From: Escherichia coli
GTDB lineage: Bacteria; Pseudomonadota; Gammaproteobacteria; Enterobacterales; Enterobacteriaceae
Assembly: GCF_030384885.1 (NCBI RefSeq)
Contig: NZ_CP128613.1
Length of the DNA stretch: 64,000 bases
Strand: one strand, 5' to 3'
The position numbers and the translations under genes are program-made. A model generated the notes under the pieces. The model searched no databases and was not told the DNA's origin. It saw nothing but the letters and a program-made list of their open reading frames with translations. Below are positions 36,739 through 47,575 of this stretch, one piece after another. Each line of letters begins with the position of its first letter. Position 1 is the first letter of the stretch.

Positions 36739-39036
36739 ATGAAATGGCTATGTTCAGTAGGTATCGCGGTGAGTCTGGCCCTGCAACCAGCACTGGCGGA
36801 TGATTTATTCGGCAACCATCCATTAACGCCTGAAGCGCGGGATGCGTTCGTCACCGAACTGCTTAAGAAAATGACGGTTGATGAGAAAATTGGTCAGCTG
36901 CGCTTAATCAGCGTCGGCCCGGATAACCCGAAAGAGGCGATCCGCGAGATGATCAAAGACGGGCAGGTTGGGGCGATTTTCAACACCGTAACCCGTCAGG
37001 ATATCCGCGCCATGCAGGATCAGGTGATGGAATTAAGCCGCCTGAAAATTCCTCTTTTCTTTGCTTACGACGTGCTGCACGGTCAGCGCACGGTGTTCCC
37101 GATTAGCCTCGGTCTGGCCTCGTCTTTTAACCTCGATGCGGTGAAAACGGTCGGACGTGTCTCTGCTTATGAAGCGGCAGATGATGGCCTGAATATGACC
37201 TGGGCACCGATGGTCGATGTTTCGCGCGATCCGCGCTGGGGACGTGCTTCCGAAGGTTTTGGGGAAGATACGTATCTCACTTCGATTATGGGTAAGACTA
37301 TGGTGGAAGCGATGCAGGGTAAAAGCCCGGCAGATCGCTACTCGGTGATGACCAGCGTCAAACACTTTGCCGCTTACGGCGCGGTAGAAAGTGGTAAAGA
37401 GTACAACACCGTCGATATGAGTCCGCAGCGCCTGTTTAACGACTATATGCCGCCGTACAAAGCGGGGCTGGATGCAGGCAGCGGTGCGGTAATGGTGGCG
37501 CTGAACTCGCTGAATGGCACGCCAGCAACTTCCGACTCCTGGCTGCTGAAAGATGTGCTGCGCGATCAGTGGGGCTTTAAAGGCATTACCGTTTCCGATC
37601 ATGGCGCAATCAAAGAGCTGATTAAACATGGCACGGCGGCAGACCCGGAAGATGCGGTGCGCGTGGCACTGAAATCCGGCATCAACATGAGTATGAGCGA
37701 CGAGTACTACTCGAAGTATCTGCCCGGTTTGATCAAATCCGGCAAAGTGACGATGGCAGAGCTGGACGACGCTGCCCGCCACGTGCTGAACGTCAAATAT
37801 GATATGGGGCTGTTCAACGACCCATACAGCCACCTTGGACCGAAAGAGTCTGACCCGGTTGATACGAATGCTGAAAGCCGCCTGCACCGCAAAGAAGCGC
37901 GTGAAGTGGCGCGCGAAAGCCTGGTATTGCTGAAAAACCGCCTTGAAACGCTGCCGCTGAAAAAATCGGCAACCATTGCGGTGGTAGGGCCACTGGCGGA
38001 CAGCAAACGTGACGTGATGGGCAGCTGGTCCGCAGCCGGTGTTGCCGATCAATCTGTGACCGTACTGACCGGGATTAAAAACGCCGTCGGTGAAAACGGC
38101 AAGGTGCTGTATGCCAAAGGTGCGAACGTTACCAGTGATAAAGGCATTATCGATTTCCTGAATCAGTATGAAGAGGCGGTCAAAGTCGATCCGCGTTCGC
38201 CGCAAGAGATGATTGATGAAGCGGTGCAGACCGCGAAACAATCTGATGTGGTGGTGGCTGTGGTCGGTGAAGCTCAGGGGATGGCGCACGAAGCCTCCAG
38301 CCGTACCGATATCACTATTCCACAAAGCCAACGTGACTTGATTGCAGCGTTGAAAACCACTGGTAAACCGCTGGTGCTGGTGCTGATGAACGGGCGTCCG
38401 CTGGCGCTGGTGAAAGAAGATCAGCAGGCTGATGCGATTCTGGAAACCTGGTTTGCGGGGACTGAAGGCGGTAATGCAATTGCCGATGTATTGTTTGGCG
38501 ATTACAACCCGTCCGGCAAGCTGCCAATGTCCTTCCCGCGTTCTGTCGGGCAGATCCCGGTGTACTACAGCCATCTGAACACCGGGCGGCCGTATAATGC
38601 CGACAAGCCGAACAAATACACTTCGCGTTATTTTGATGAAGCTAACGGGGCGCTTTATCCGTTCGGCTATGGTCTGAGCTACACCACTTTCACCGTCTCT
38701 GATGTGAAACTTTCTGCGCCGACCATGAAGCGTGACGGCAAAGTGACCGCCAGTGTGCAGGTGACGAACACCGGTAAGCGCGAAGGGGCGACGGTAGTGC
38801 AGATGTACTTGCAGGATGTGACGGCTTCCATGAGTCGTCCGGTGAAGCAGCTGAAAGGCTTTGAGAAAATCACCCTGAAACCGGGCGAAACTCAGACCGT
38901 CAGCTTCCCAATTGATATCGAGGCGTTGAAGTTCTGGAATCAACAGATGAAATATGACGCCGAGCCTGGCAAGTTCAATGTCTTTATCGGCACTGATTCC
39001 GCACGCGTTAAGAAAGGCGAGTTTGAGTTGCTGTAA
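36739..39036 (+). CDS. bglX: Periplasmic beta-glucosidase (GH3)
   Basis: Start at MKWLCSVG with signal peptide; GH3 motifs. Confidence 0.9.
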   Translation: MKWLCSVGIAVSLALQPALADDLFGNHPLTPEARDAFVTELLKKMTVDEKIGQLRLISVGPDNPKEAIREMIKDGQVGAIFNTVTRQDIRAMQDQVMELSRLKIPLFFAYDVLHGQRTVFPISLGLASSFNLDAVKTVGRVSAYEAADDGLNMTWAPMVDVSRDPRWGRASEGFGEDTYLTSIMGKTMVEAMQGKSPADRYSVMTSVKHFAAYGAVESGKEYNTVDMSPQRLFNDYMPPYKAGLDAGSGAVMVALNSLNGTPATSDSWLLKDVLRDQWGFKGITVSDHGAIKELIKHGTAADPEDAVRVALKSGINMSMSDEYYSKYLPGLIKSGKVTMAELDDAARHVLNVKYDMGLFNDPYSHLGPKESDPVDTNAESRLHRKEAREVARESLVLLKNRLETLPLKKSATIAVVGPLADSKRDVMGSWSAAGVADQSVTVLTGIKNAVGENGKVLYAKGANVTSDKGIIDFLNQYEEAVKVDPRSPQEMIDEAVQTAKQSDVVVAVVGEAQGMAHEASSRTDITIPQSQRDLIAALKTTGKPLVLVLMNGRPLALVKEDQQADAILETWFAGTEGGNAIADVLFGDYNPSGKLPMSFPRSVGQIPVYYSHLNTGRPYNADKPNKYTSRYFDEANGALYPFGYGLSYTTFTVSDVKLSAPTMKRDGKVTASVQVTNTGKREGATVVQMYLQDVTASMSRPVKQLKGFEKITLKPGETQTVSFPIDIEALKFWNQQMKYDAEPGKFNVFIGTDSARVKKGEFELL

Positions 39037-39045
39037 TGCTTTAGT

Positions 39046-39070
39046 AAGGGCGCGACGTCTGCGCCCTTTA
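39046..39070 (+). terminator. Terminator after bglX
   Basis: aagggcgc-gacgtct-gcgccctt followed by T-rich stretch. Confidence 0.55.
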
Positions 39071-39184
39071 AGTATTTCTCTGATTCTGCAATTGAATCCC
39101 TCCGCTCAGGCTAACCCCGCCATTATCAACTATGCTTTTCTCTTAATTCGCTGAAAACAACAGTAAAAGAATGAGGAAAGCATC

Positions 39185-40102
39185 ATGCCACTCTCAAAGC
39201 TCTGGGCAGGTTCACTGGTTTTGTTGGCAGCCGTGAGCCTGCCGCTACAGGCGGCTTCTGCCGTTAAAGTCGGTTCAAAAATCGATACCGAAGGCGCGCT
39301 ACTCGGCAACATTATTTTGCAAGTGCTGGAAAGCCACGGCGTACCGACGGTGAATAAAGTCCAGTTGGGAACCACGCCGGTGGTGCGCGGCGCGATCACT
39401 TCTGGCGAGCTGGATATCTATCCGGAATATACCGGTAATGGCGCTTTCTTCTTTAAAGATGAAAATGATGCGGCGTGGAAAAATGCCGGACAAGGCTACG
39501 AGAAAGTCAAAAAGCTCGATGCAGAGCAAAACAAGTTAATCTGGCTAACGCCCGCGCCTGCAAATAACACCTGGACCATCGCCGTGCGTCAGGATGTGGC
39601 AGAGAAAAATAAACTCACTTCGCTTGCCGACCTGAGTCGTTATCTGAAAGAGGGTGGCACCTTCAAACTGGCAGCCTCGGCTGAGTTTATCGAACGCGCC
39701 GATGCCTTACCCGCTTTTGAAAAAGCCTACGACTTTAAACTCGGTCAGGATCAGTTGCTGTCACTGGCCGGTGGCGACACGGCGGTGACAATCAAAGCTG
39801 CTGCCCAGCAAACATCCGGCGTTAATGCGGCGATGGCTTACGGCACCGACGGCCCGGTCGCGGCGCTGGGGCTGCAAACCTTAAGCGATCCGCAAGGCGT
39901 GCAACCTATCTACGCGCCTGCACCAGTGGTGCGTGAATCGGTGTTGAAGGAGTATCCGCAAATGGCACAGTGGCTACAGCCAGTCTTCGCCAGCCTCGAT
40001 GCAAAAACATTGCAGCAACTGAATGCCAGCATTGCTGTGGAAGGACTGGATGCCAAAAAAGTGGCTGCCGACTACCTGAAACAAAAAGGGTGGACGAAGT
40101 AA
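39185..40102 (+). CDS. osmF: Glycine betaine-binding periplasmic protein
   Basis: 305 aa with signal peptide; first gene of osmF-yehYXW. Confidence 0.85.
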   Translation: MPLSKLWAGSLVLLAAVSLPLQAASAVKVGSKIDTEGALLGNIILQVLESHGVPTVNKVQLGTTPVVRGAITSGELDIYPEYTGNGAFFFKDENDAAWKNAGQGYEKVKKLDAEQNKLIWLTPAPANNTWTIAVRQDVAEKNKLTSLADLSRYLKEGGTFKLAASAEFIERADALPAFEKAYDFKLGQDQLLSLAGGDTAVTIKAAAQQTSGVNAAMAYGTDGPVAALGLQTLSDPQGVQPIYAPAPVVRESVLKEYPQMAQWLQPVFASLDAKTLQQLNASIAVEGLDAKKVAADYLKQKGWTK

Positions 40103-40108
40103 TTTCCC

Positions 40109-41266
40109 GTGACTTATTTCCGTATTAATCCTGTTCTGGCGCTGCTGCTGTTGCTGACGGCAATCGCAGCGGCGCTGCCGTTTATCAGTTACGCGCCTAA
40201 TCGTTTAGTCTCGGGTGAGGGGCGTCATCTCTGGCAGCTGTGGCCGCAAACGATCTGGATGCTGGTGGGCGTTGGTTGCGCCTGGCTGACCGCCTGTTTT
40301 ATTCCCGGTAAAAAAGGCAGCATTTTTGCACTCATTCTGGCGCAATTCGTCTTCATATTGCTGGTGTGGGGCGCGGGAAAGGCGGCGACACAACTGGCGC
40401 AAAATGGCAGTGCGCTGGCGCGTACCAGCCTCGGCAGTGGTTTCTGGCTGGCTGCGGCGCTGGCACTGCTGGCCTGTAGCGATGCCATCCGCCGAATCTC
40501 CACGCATCCGCTGTGGCGCTGGTTGTTGCATATGCAGATTGCCATTATTCCGCTGTGGTTGCTGTATTCCGGCGCGCTTAACGATCTCTCGCTAATGAAA
40601 GAATACGCCAACCGTCAGGATGTGTTTAATGACGCGCTGGCGCAACATCTGACGTTGCTGTTTGGTGCGGTGCTGCCTGCGTTAGTGATTGGTGTGCCGC
40701 TGGGCGTCTGGTGCTACTTTTCCACTGCGCGGCAGGGGGCGATTTTTTCTCTGCTGAATGTCATTCAGACCGTGCCTTCGGTGGCGCTCTTTGGCCTGTT
40801 GATTGCGCCGCTTGCCGCGCTGGTTACGGCCTTTCCGTGGCTGGGAACGCTCGGCGTAGCAGGAACCGGAATGACACCCGCACTGATTGCCCTGGTGCTC
40901 TATGCCTTGCTGCCGCTGGTGCGCGGTGTGGTAGTCGGCTTGAACCAGATCCCGCGCGATGTGCTGGAGAGCGCCAGAGCGATGGGCATGAGCGGGGCGC
41001 AGCGATTCCTGCATGTTCAGTTACCGCTGGCGTTACCGGTATTTCTGCGCAGCCTGCGGGTGGTGATGGTGCAAACCGTCGGCATGGCGGTGATTGCGGC
41101 GTTAATCGGCGCAGGTGGTTTTGGTGCGCTGGTTTTCCAGGGGCTGCTAAGCAGTGCCATTGATTTAGTGTTGCTGGGGGTGATCCCGGTAATCGTACTG
41201 GCGGTGCTGATCGACGCACTGTTCGATCTGGTTATCGCACTGCTGAAGGTGAAAAGTAATGATTGA
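40109..41266 (+). CDS. yehY: ABC transporter permease
   Basis: 385 aa, GTG start, overlaps yehX start. Confidence 0.85.
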   Translation: MTYFRINPVLALLLLLTAIAAALPFISYAPNRLVSGEGRHLWQLWPQTIWMLVGVGCAWLTACFIPGKKGSIFALILAQFVFILLVWGAGKAATQLAQNGSALARTSLGSGFWLAAALALLACSDAIRRISTHPLWRWLLHMQIAIIPLWLLYSGALNDLSLMKEYANRQDVFNDALAQHLTLLFGAVLPALVIGVPLGVWCYFSTARQGAIFSLLNVIQTVPSVALFGLLIAPLAALVTAFPWLGTLGVAGTGMTPALIALVLYALLPLVRGVVVGLNQIPRDVLESARAMGMSGAQRFLHVQLPLALPVFLRSLRVVMVQTVGMAVIAALIGAGGFGALVFQGLLSSAIDLVLLGVIPVIVLAVLIDALFDLVIALLKVKSND

Positions 41267-42185
41267 ATTTAGCCATGTCAGCAAACTGTTCGGCACACAA
41301 AAAGCCGTTAACGATCTCAACCTCAATTTTCAGGAAGGGAGTTTCTCGGTGCTGATTGGTACATCAGGCTCCGGTAAATCCACCACATTGAAAATGATCA
41401 ACCGTCTGGTAGAGCATGACAGCGGAGTGATCCGCTTTGCCGGAGAAGAAATTCGCTCGCTGCCAGTGCTGGAGTTACGCCGCCGGATGGGCTATGCCAT
41501 TCAATCTATTGGCCTGTTTCCCCACTGGAGCGTGGCGCAAAACATTGCTACTGTGCCGCAATTACAAAAATGGTCGCGGGCGCGGATCGACGACCGTATC
41601 GACGAATTAATGGCGCTACTGGGGCTGGAGCCAAATTTGCGTGAGCGTTATCCGCATCAGCTTTCCGGTGGTCAGCAGCAACGTGTGGGAGTGGCCCGCG
41701 CGTTGGCTGCCGATCCGCAAGTCTTACTGATGGATGAACCTTTTGGCGCACTGGACCCGGTAACGCGTGGTGCGTTGCAACAAGAGATGACGCGTATTCA
41801 CCGTTTGTTAGGGCGCACCATTGTGCTGGTCACTCATGATATTGATGAGGCGCTACGGTTGGCAGAACATCTGGTATTGATGGATCACGGTGAAGTGGTG
41901 CAGCAGGGCAATCCTCTGGCGATGCTGACTCGTCCGGCGAATGATTTCGTCCGCCAGTTTTTTGGCCGTAGTGAACTGGGGGTCCGCCTGCTTTCGTTAC
42001 GTAGCGTGGCGGATTATGTGCGCCGCGAAGAACGGGCAGAAGGTGAGGCACTGGCAGAAGAGATGACGCTACGCGATGCGCTCTCCCTGTTTGTCGCGCG
42101 GGGATGCGAAGTGCTGCCGGTGGTAAACACGCAGGGCCAGCCTTGCGGCACGCTGCATTTTCAGGATCTGCTGGTGGAGGCGTAA
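41259..42185 (+). CDS. yehX: ABC transporter ATP-binding protein with C-terminal CBS-like domain
   Basis: Walker [10 protein letters not shown], signature LSGGQQQRV. Confidence 0.9.
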   Translation: MIEFSHVSKLFGTQKAVNDLNLNFQEGSFSVLIGTSGSGKSTTLKMINRLVEHDSGVIRFAGEEIRSLPVLELRRRMGYAIQSIGLFPHWSVAQNIATVPQLQKWSRARIDDRIDELMALLGLEPNLRERYPHQLSGGQQQRVGVARALAADPQVLLMDEPFGALDPVTRGALQQEMTRIHRLLGRTIVLVTHDIDEALRLAEHLVLMDHGEVVQQGNPLAMLTRPANDFVRQFFGRSELGVRLLSLRSVADYVRREERAEGEALAEEMTLRDALSLFVARGCEVLPVVNTQGQPCGTLHFQDLLVEA

Positions 42186-42189
42186 GCGT

Positions 42190-42921
42190 ATGAAGATGTT
42201 GCGCGATCCGCTGTTCTGGCTCATTGCTCTGTTTGTGGCACTGATTTTCTGGCTGCCTTACAGCCAGCCGCTGTTTTCTGCCTTGTTCCCACAACTGCCA
42301 CGCCCCGTTTATCAGCAAGAAAGTTTTGCTGCTCTGGCACTGGCTCATTTCTGGCTGGTGGGAATTTCGAGTTTGTTTGCGGTGATCATTGGCACAGGTG
42401 CCGGAATTATTGTTACTCGCCCGTGGGGTGCGGAATTTCGCCCACTGGTGGAAACTATTGCCGCCGTTGGGCAGACTTTTCCGCCCGTTGCGGTGCTGGC
42501 GATTGCCGTTCCGGTGATTGGGTTTGGTCTGCAACCGGCGATTATCGCCTTGATCCTGTACGGTGTGCTGCCCGTCCTGCAGGCGACACTTGCCGGGCTG
42601 GGAGCGATTGATGTCAGCGTGACAGAAGTTGCGAAAGGTATGGGAATGAGCCGTGGTCAGCAACTGCGTAAGGTCGAGCTACCGCTGGCGGCTCCGGTGA
42701 TTCTGGCGGGCGTGCGAACTTCGGTGATTATCAACATTGGTACGGCGACGATCGCCTCAACGGTAGGGGCCAGCACGCTGGGTACGCCCATCATCATCGG
42801 GCTTAGCGGATTTAATACCGCGTATGTGATCCAGGGGGCGTTACTGGTGGCACTGGCGGCGATCATCGCAGACCGCCTGTTTGAAAGGCTGGTGCAGGCG
42901 CTTAGCCAGCACGCAAAATAA
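42190..42921 (+). CDS. yehW: ABC transporter permease
   Basis: 243 aa permease. Confidence 0.85.
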
Positions 42922-43009
42922 AGGTATAACCTGCGAGCATGACGCCACCAATTCCGCCTAACGCCATAAAAAGGAACAGGGCGATGACCCCAATTTTAGC
43001 TATGCGCAT
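42902..43009 (-). CDS. yohO: Small membrane protein YohO (35 aa)
   Basis: Minus-strand [38 protein letters not shown] preceded by AAGGAG; 3' end overlaps yehW 3' end by 20 nt; absent from ORF track. Confidence 0.8.
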
Positions 43010-43068
43010 AATGCACTCCTTATGTTAACGAAAGGATTGTACAGTAAAGCGCATTTGTTAACGAATCA

Positions 43069-43800
43069 TTAAATGCCGAGTGGGAAAATATCATGGCCTT
43101 GTTCCTGCCAACTGGTAAGTTGCTGCTGTTGGGCAGAGGTTCGATTTTCACCGCACCACACCAGCAATGTACGGCCTTCGAACAGTTCTGGGCGTAGTTG
43201 ATTGAGCGAGTGGGCGAGGACATCAATGCGCCATCCTTGTTGACTGGCAATCCAGCCCTCTAGCCACAGACGGGTGGTATCCTGAATATTCCAGCCAACC
43301 ACCAGCGCATCTTTACCCTGTTTTTTACGTGCCGAAGCCAGACAAATGGCGATGTAGTTGATCAGTACGCCGTCGAGGATCGCCAGCAGCGCCTGGAGAG
43401 TCGGTTGTTGGCACTGAAGCCGTCGGCGCAGAGGAATAAACAGGTGCGTGGTGAGTGTCTGGGCGGGGTAATCCTGACCGCGCTCTTTGATCCACGTTCG
43501 CAGGCTATGCAGATTGCCGCTTTGCAGGTAAGTCAGTAATGTTTCTTGCTGATCGCGCCAGCCGTTCTGCACATCAACATTTTCATTACTGAGCAGCATT
43601 TTAACTTTGCTGACCTGCACGCCGTTGTCGATCCAGCGTTTGATCTCGCGGATCCGGTCAATATCGGCATCATTGAACAGCCGATGACCGCCGTCTGTCC
43701 GTTGCGGTTTCAGCAATCCGTAACGCCTCTGCCACGCGCGTAACGTGACAGGGTTAATATCACAAAGCAACGCCACTTCACCAATTGTGTAAAGCGCCAT
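43069..43800 (-). CDS. mlrA: MerR-family regulator (curli/csgD activator)
   Basis: 243 aa; N-terminal MerR HTH MALYTIGEVALLCDINPVTLRAWQRRYGLL. Confidence 0.9.
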   Translation of the reverse strand: MALYTIGEVALLCDINPVTLRAWQRRYGLLKPQRTDGGHRLFNDADIDRIREIKRWIDNGVQVSKVKMLLSNENVDVQNGWRDQQETLLTYLQSGNLHSLRTWIKERGQDYPAQTLTTHLFIPLRRRLQCQQPTLQALLAILDGVLINYIAICLASARKKQGKDALVVGWNIQDTTRLWLEGWIASQQGWRIDVLAHSLNQLRPELFEGRTLLVWCGENRTSAQQQQLTSWQEQGHDIFPLGI

Positions 43801-44021
43801 CGTCTCACCCTTGCTCGCGAGGTCCCAGTTTAACTTTAGACGCAGTTTTGCGAACCAGGTAGTTTTGCCCGTTTTTTGTTCATCTATAGGGTGATTTTAT
43901 TTTTGCCAGGCGATTTTGAGTGATCGTACTCACGAATTCTCATTTTTCTGCAAGAGTTCAAAGAAAGTTAAACGCAGGCAATGTATGTTACGCGTTTTAA
44001 AGGGAAGTGTGGTTTGCGGGT

Positions 44022-45707
44022 ATGTACGATTTTAATCTGGTGTTGCTGCTGCTTCAGCAGATGTGCGTTTTTTTAGTCATTGCGTGGTTAATGAGTAAAA
44101 CGCCATTATTCATACCGTTAATGCAGGTCACGGTTCGTCTGCCGCATAAATTTCTCTGCTACATCGTCTTTTCCATCTTCTGCATCATGGGCACCTGGTT
44201 TGGGCTGCACATTGACGATTCTATTGCCAATACCCGTGCGATTGGTGCGGTAATGGGCGGCTTACTCGGCGGTCCGGTCGTCGGTGGGCTGGTTGGTCTG
44301 ACCGGCGGGTTACATCGATATTCGATGGGGGGCATGACCGCGCTAAGTTGCATGATCTCGACCATCGTTGAAGGATTGCTCGGCGGCCTGGTACACAGCA
44401 TCCTGATCCGTCGCGGGCGTACTGATAAAGTCTTTAATCCCATTACCGCGGGTGCCGTCACGTTCGTCGCTGAAATGGTGCAAATGCTGATCATCCTGGC
44501 TATCGCCCGACCTTATGAAGATGCGGTGCGTCTGGTGAGTAATATTGCTGCGCCAATGATGGTCACCAATACCGTCGGCGCGGCGCTGTTTATGCGTATA
44601 TTGCTCGATAAACGCGCGATGTTTGAAAAATACACCTCGGCTTTTTCTGCCACCGCACTGAAAGTGGCGGCTTCGACGGAAGGCATTTTGCGCCAGGGTT
44701 TTAACGAAGTGAACAGCATGAAAGTGGCACAGGTGCTGTATCAGGAGCTGGATATTGGTGCAGTCGCGATTACCGATCGAGAGAAATTGCTGGCTTTTAC
44801 CGGAATTGGTGACGACCACCATTTACCCGGCAAACCGATTTCTTCGACTTATACCTTAAAAGCGATTGAAACCGGTGAAGTGGTCTACGCTGATGGCAAC
44901 GAAGTACCTTATCGTTGCTCTTTGCATCCGCAATGCAAACTGGGGTCGACGCTGGTAATTCCGTTGCGTGGTGAAAATCAGCGGGTGATGGGTACCATCA
45001 AATTGTATGAAGCCAAAAACCGTTTATTCAGTTCAATCAATCGCACGCTGGGCGAGGGGATTGCGCAATTGCTTTCGGCGCAGATCCTCGCTGGGCAATA
45101 TGAGCGGCAAAAAGCGATGCTCACCCAGTCAGAGATCAAACTACTTCACGCCCAGGTGAACCCCCATTTTCTGTTCAATGCGCTTAACACCATTAAAGCG
45201 GTGATCCGACGCGACAGCGAACAGGCCAGTCAGCTGGTGCAGTATCTTTCCACTTTTTTCCGTAAAAACTTAAAGCGGCCTTCGGAGTTTGTGACTCTCG
45301 CCGACGAAATTGAACATGTGAATGCTTATCTGCAAATTGAAAAGGCGCGCTTCCAGTCGCGGTTGCAGGTCAACATTGCTATTCCGCAAGAATTATCCCA
45401 GCAGCAACTGCCCGCGTTTACCCTGCAACCGATAGTGGAAAACGCTATTAAACATGGGACATCACAACTGCTCGATACAGGGCGAGTGGAAATCAGCGCC
45501 CGACGTGAGGGGCAACATTTGATGCTGGAGATCGAAGACAATGCTGGTTTGTATCAACCGGTAACCAATGCCAGTGGGCTGGGGATGAATCTGGTGGATA
45601 AGCGTTTACGTGAACGGTTTGGCGATGACTATGGGATAAGCGTCGCCTGTGAACCTGATAATTACACCCGAATAACGTTACGACTGCCATGGAGGGACGA
45701 GGCATGA
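44022..45707 (+). CDS. btsS: LytS-type sensor histidine kinase (pyruvate sensing)
   Basis: 5TM-LytS N-domain, GAF, His-kinase motifs; start at MYDFNLV. Confidence 0.9.
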   Translation: MYDFNLVLLLLQQMCVFLVIAWLMSKTPLFIPLMQVTVRLPHKFLCYIVFSIFCIMGTWFGLHIDDSIANTRAIGAVMGGLLGGPVVGGLVGLTGGLHRYSMGGMTALSCMISTIVEGLLGGLVHSILIRRGRTDKVFNPITAGAVTFVAEMVQMLIILAIARPYEDAVRLVSNIAAPMMVTNTVGAALFMRILLDKRAMFEKYTSAFSATALKVAASTEGILRQGFNEVNSMKVAQVLYQELDIGAVAITDREKLLAFTGIGDDHHLPGKPISSTYTLKAIETGEVVYADGNEVPYRCSLHPQCKLGSTLVIPLRGENQRVMGTIKLYEAKNRLFSSINRTLGEGIAQLLSAQILAGQYERQKAMLTQSEIKLLHAQVNPHFLFNALNTIKAVIRRDSEQASQLVQYLSTFFRKNLKRPSEFVTLADEIEHVNAYLQIEKARFQSRLQVNIAIPQELSQQQLPAFTLQPIVENAIKHGTSQLLDTGRVEISARREGQHLMLEIEDNAGLYQPVTNASGLGMNLVDKRLRERFGDDYGISVACEPDNYTRITLRLPWRDEA

Positions 45708-46423
45708 TTAAAGTCTTAATTGTCGATGACGAACCGTTAGCACGGGAGAACCTGCGCGTATTTTTGCAGGAGCAGAGTGATATTGAAATTGTCGGCGAGT
45801 GTTCAAACGCTGTAGAAGGGATCGGCGCGGTGCATAAACTGCGCCCGGACGTGCTGTTTCTCGATATCCAGATGCCGCGTATTAGCGGTCTGGAAATGGT
45901 GGGGATGCTCGACCCGGAACATCGTCCGTATATCGTTTTTCTCACCGCGTTTGACGAATACGCCATTAAAGCCTTTGAAGAACATGCATTTGATTATCTC
46001 CTGAAGCCAATTGATGAAGCGCGGCTGGAGAAAACGCTGGCGCGTTTGCGTCAGGAGCGCAGCAAGCAGGATGTTTCGCTGTTACCGGAAAATCAACAGG
46101 CGCTGAAATTTATCCCTTGTACGGGGCATAGTCGGATTTATTTGCTGCAAATGAGAGATGTAGCATTTGTCAGCAGTCGGATGAGCGGTGTCTACGTTAC
46201 CAGCCACGAAGGGAAAGAAGGTTTTACCGAACTGACTTTGCGCACCCTGGAGAGCCGTACACCACTACTGCGCTGCCATCGTCAGTACCTGGTTAACCTC
46301 GCGCATTTACAGGAGATTCGTCTGGAAGATAACGGCCAGGCCGAGTTGATTTTACGTAATGGCTTAACTGTTCCGGTCAGCCGCCGCTATCTGAAAAGTT
46401 TAAAAGAGGCGATTGGCCTGTAA
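45704..46423 (+). CDS. btsR: LytTR-family response regulator
   Basis: Receiver domain VLIVDDEP...D, LytTR C-terminus; ATGA overlap with btsS. Confidence 0.9.
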   Translation: MIKVLIVDDEPLARENLRVFLQEQSDIEIVGECSNAVEGIGAVHKLRPDVLFLDIQMPRISGLEMVGMLDPEHRPYIVFLTAFDEYAIKAFEEHAFDYLLKPIDEARLEKTLARLRQERSKQDVSLLPENQQALKFIPCTGHSRIYLLQMRDVAFVSSRMSGVYVTSHEGKEGFTELTLRTLESRTPLLRCHRQYLVNLAHLQEIRLEDNGQAELILRNGLTVPVSRRYLKSLKEAIGL

Positions 46424-46469
46424 AAGACTGCTAAAATGGTTTTTTGCCTCATCAACACCTGAAGGCCTC

Positions 46470-46940
46470 ATGCTAAGTAACGATATTCTGCGCAGCGTGC
46501 GCTACATTTTGAAAGCCAATAATAACGACCTGGTGCGCATTCTGGCGCTGGGTAATGTCGAAGCCACTGCGGAACAGATCGCCGTCTGGCTACGCAAAGA
46601 AGACGAAGAAGGGTTTCAGCGTTGTCCGGACATTGTTCTGTCTTCATTCCTGAATGGCCTGATTTATGAAAAACGTGGCAAGGATGAGTCAGCTCCGGCA
46701 CTGGAGCCGGAACGTCGCATTAATAACAACATCGTGCTGAAAAAATTACGTATCGCGTTTTCGCTGAAAACTGATGATATTCTGGCGATCCTTACCGAAC
46801 AGCAGTTCCGCGTTTCGATGCCGGAAATTACGGCGATGATGCGTGCACCGGATCATAAAAACTTTCGTGAATGCGGCGATCAATTCATGCGTTATTTTCT
46901 GCGTGGGCTGGCAGCGCGCCAGCATGTGAAGAAAAGCTAA
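46470..46940 (+). CDS. yehS: DUF1456 protein
   Basis: Start at MLSNDILRS, internally duplicated domain. Confidence 0.8.
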   Translation: MLSNDILRSVRYILKANNNDLVRILALGNVEATAEQIAVWLRKEDEEGFQRCPDIVLSSFLNGLIYEKRGKDESAPALEPERRINNNIVLKKLRIAFSLKTDDILAILTEQQFRVSMPEITAMMRAPDHKNFRECGDQFMRYFLRGLAARQHVKKS

Positions 46941-46947
46941 GACGGGT

Positions 46948-46978
46948 ATGGCGGCCATGCGAAGAACATGGCCGCCGA
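46948..46978. terminator. Bidirectional terminator hairpin between convergent yehS and yehR
   Basis: tggcggccatg-cgaagaa-catggccgcc. Confidence 0.55.
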
Positions 46979-46982
46979 CAGA

Positions 46983-47444
46983 TTATTTCACTTCTTTAAA
47001 ACCAGCGGCTTTCATCACCAGTTCCATTTGCGCCATAGTGATACCTTTTTTGGCATCTTCAGCAGAAACGTTGATACCTGAAATACCCTGCAGGGCTTTA
47101 AAATCAACTTTTTCCATATCGATAGTCACGTTTTCCTGAGCATAGGTATCGGTAAAGGTTAATTTTTCTTCAACGCCAGGGATGTTTTTATATTTGGCAC
47201 TTAACGGCTCAAGTGTCTTGGCAGCATCTTCTTTGGTGGTTGCACCAATGGAGGCAAATTGAATTTTGGTTTCAGAAGATTGCTTAAGAACCTTGTCACC
47301 TTTGTAGACATAGGTAATAGCAATTTCAGTACCGTTCAGATTAGCGCTAAATTTCTTCGATTCTTCTTTGTCACCGCAGCCAGCAAGAGAGAAAACCAGA
47401 ACAGATGCAACAACAAGGGAAAACAGCTTATTGAAAGCCTTCAT
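46983..47444 (-). CDS. yehR: Lipoprotein (DUF1307)
   Basis: Lipobox FSLAGC; start at MKAFNKLF. Confidence 0.8.
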   Translation of the reverse strand: MKAFNKLFSLVVASVLVFSLAGCGDKEESKKFSANLNGTEIAITYVYKGDKVLKQSSETKIQFASIGATTKEDAAKTLEPLSAKYKNIPGVEEKLTFTDTYAQENVTIDMEKVDFKALQGISGINVSAEDAKKGITMAQMELVMKAAGFKEVK

Positions 47445-47575
47445 GTAAAACTCCATTTTATTTAATCAAGGAACTGGTGACCACACCAGGGGCCATATAG
47501 GATATGCCTAATACCTTGGCGTGAGCAGTCCGGAACTGGAGTAGAACTCTTTGTAAAAAGCACTATTTGTTCTTG

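Noticed and set aside
37033-38943. 636-aa minus-strand ORF
   Set aside because: Lies entirely antisense within bglX; arginine/histidine-rich, low-complexity translation typical of a spurious antisense ORF in GC-rich coding DNA.
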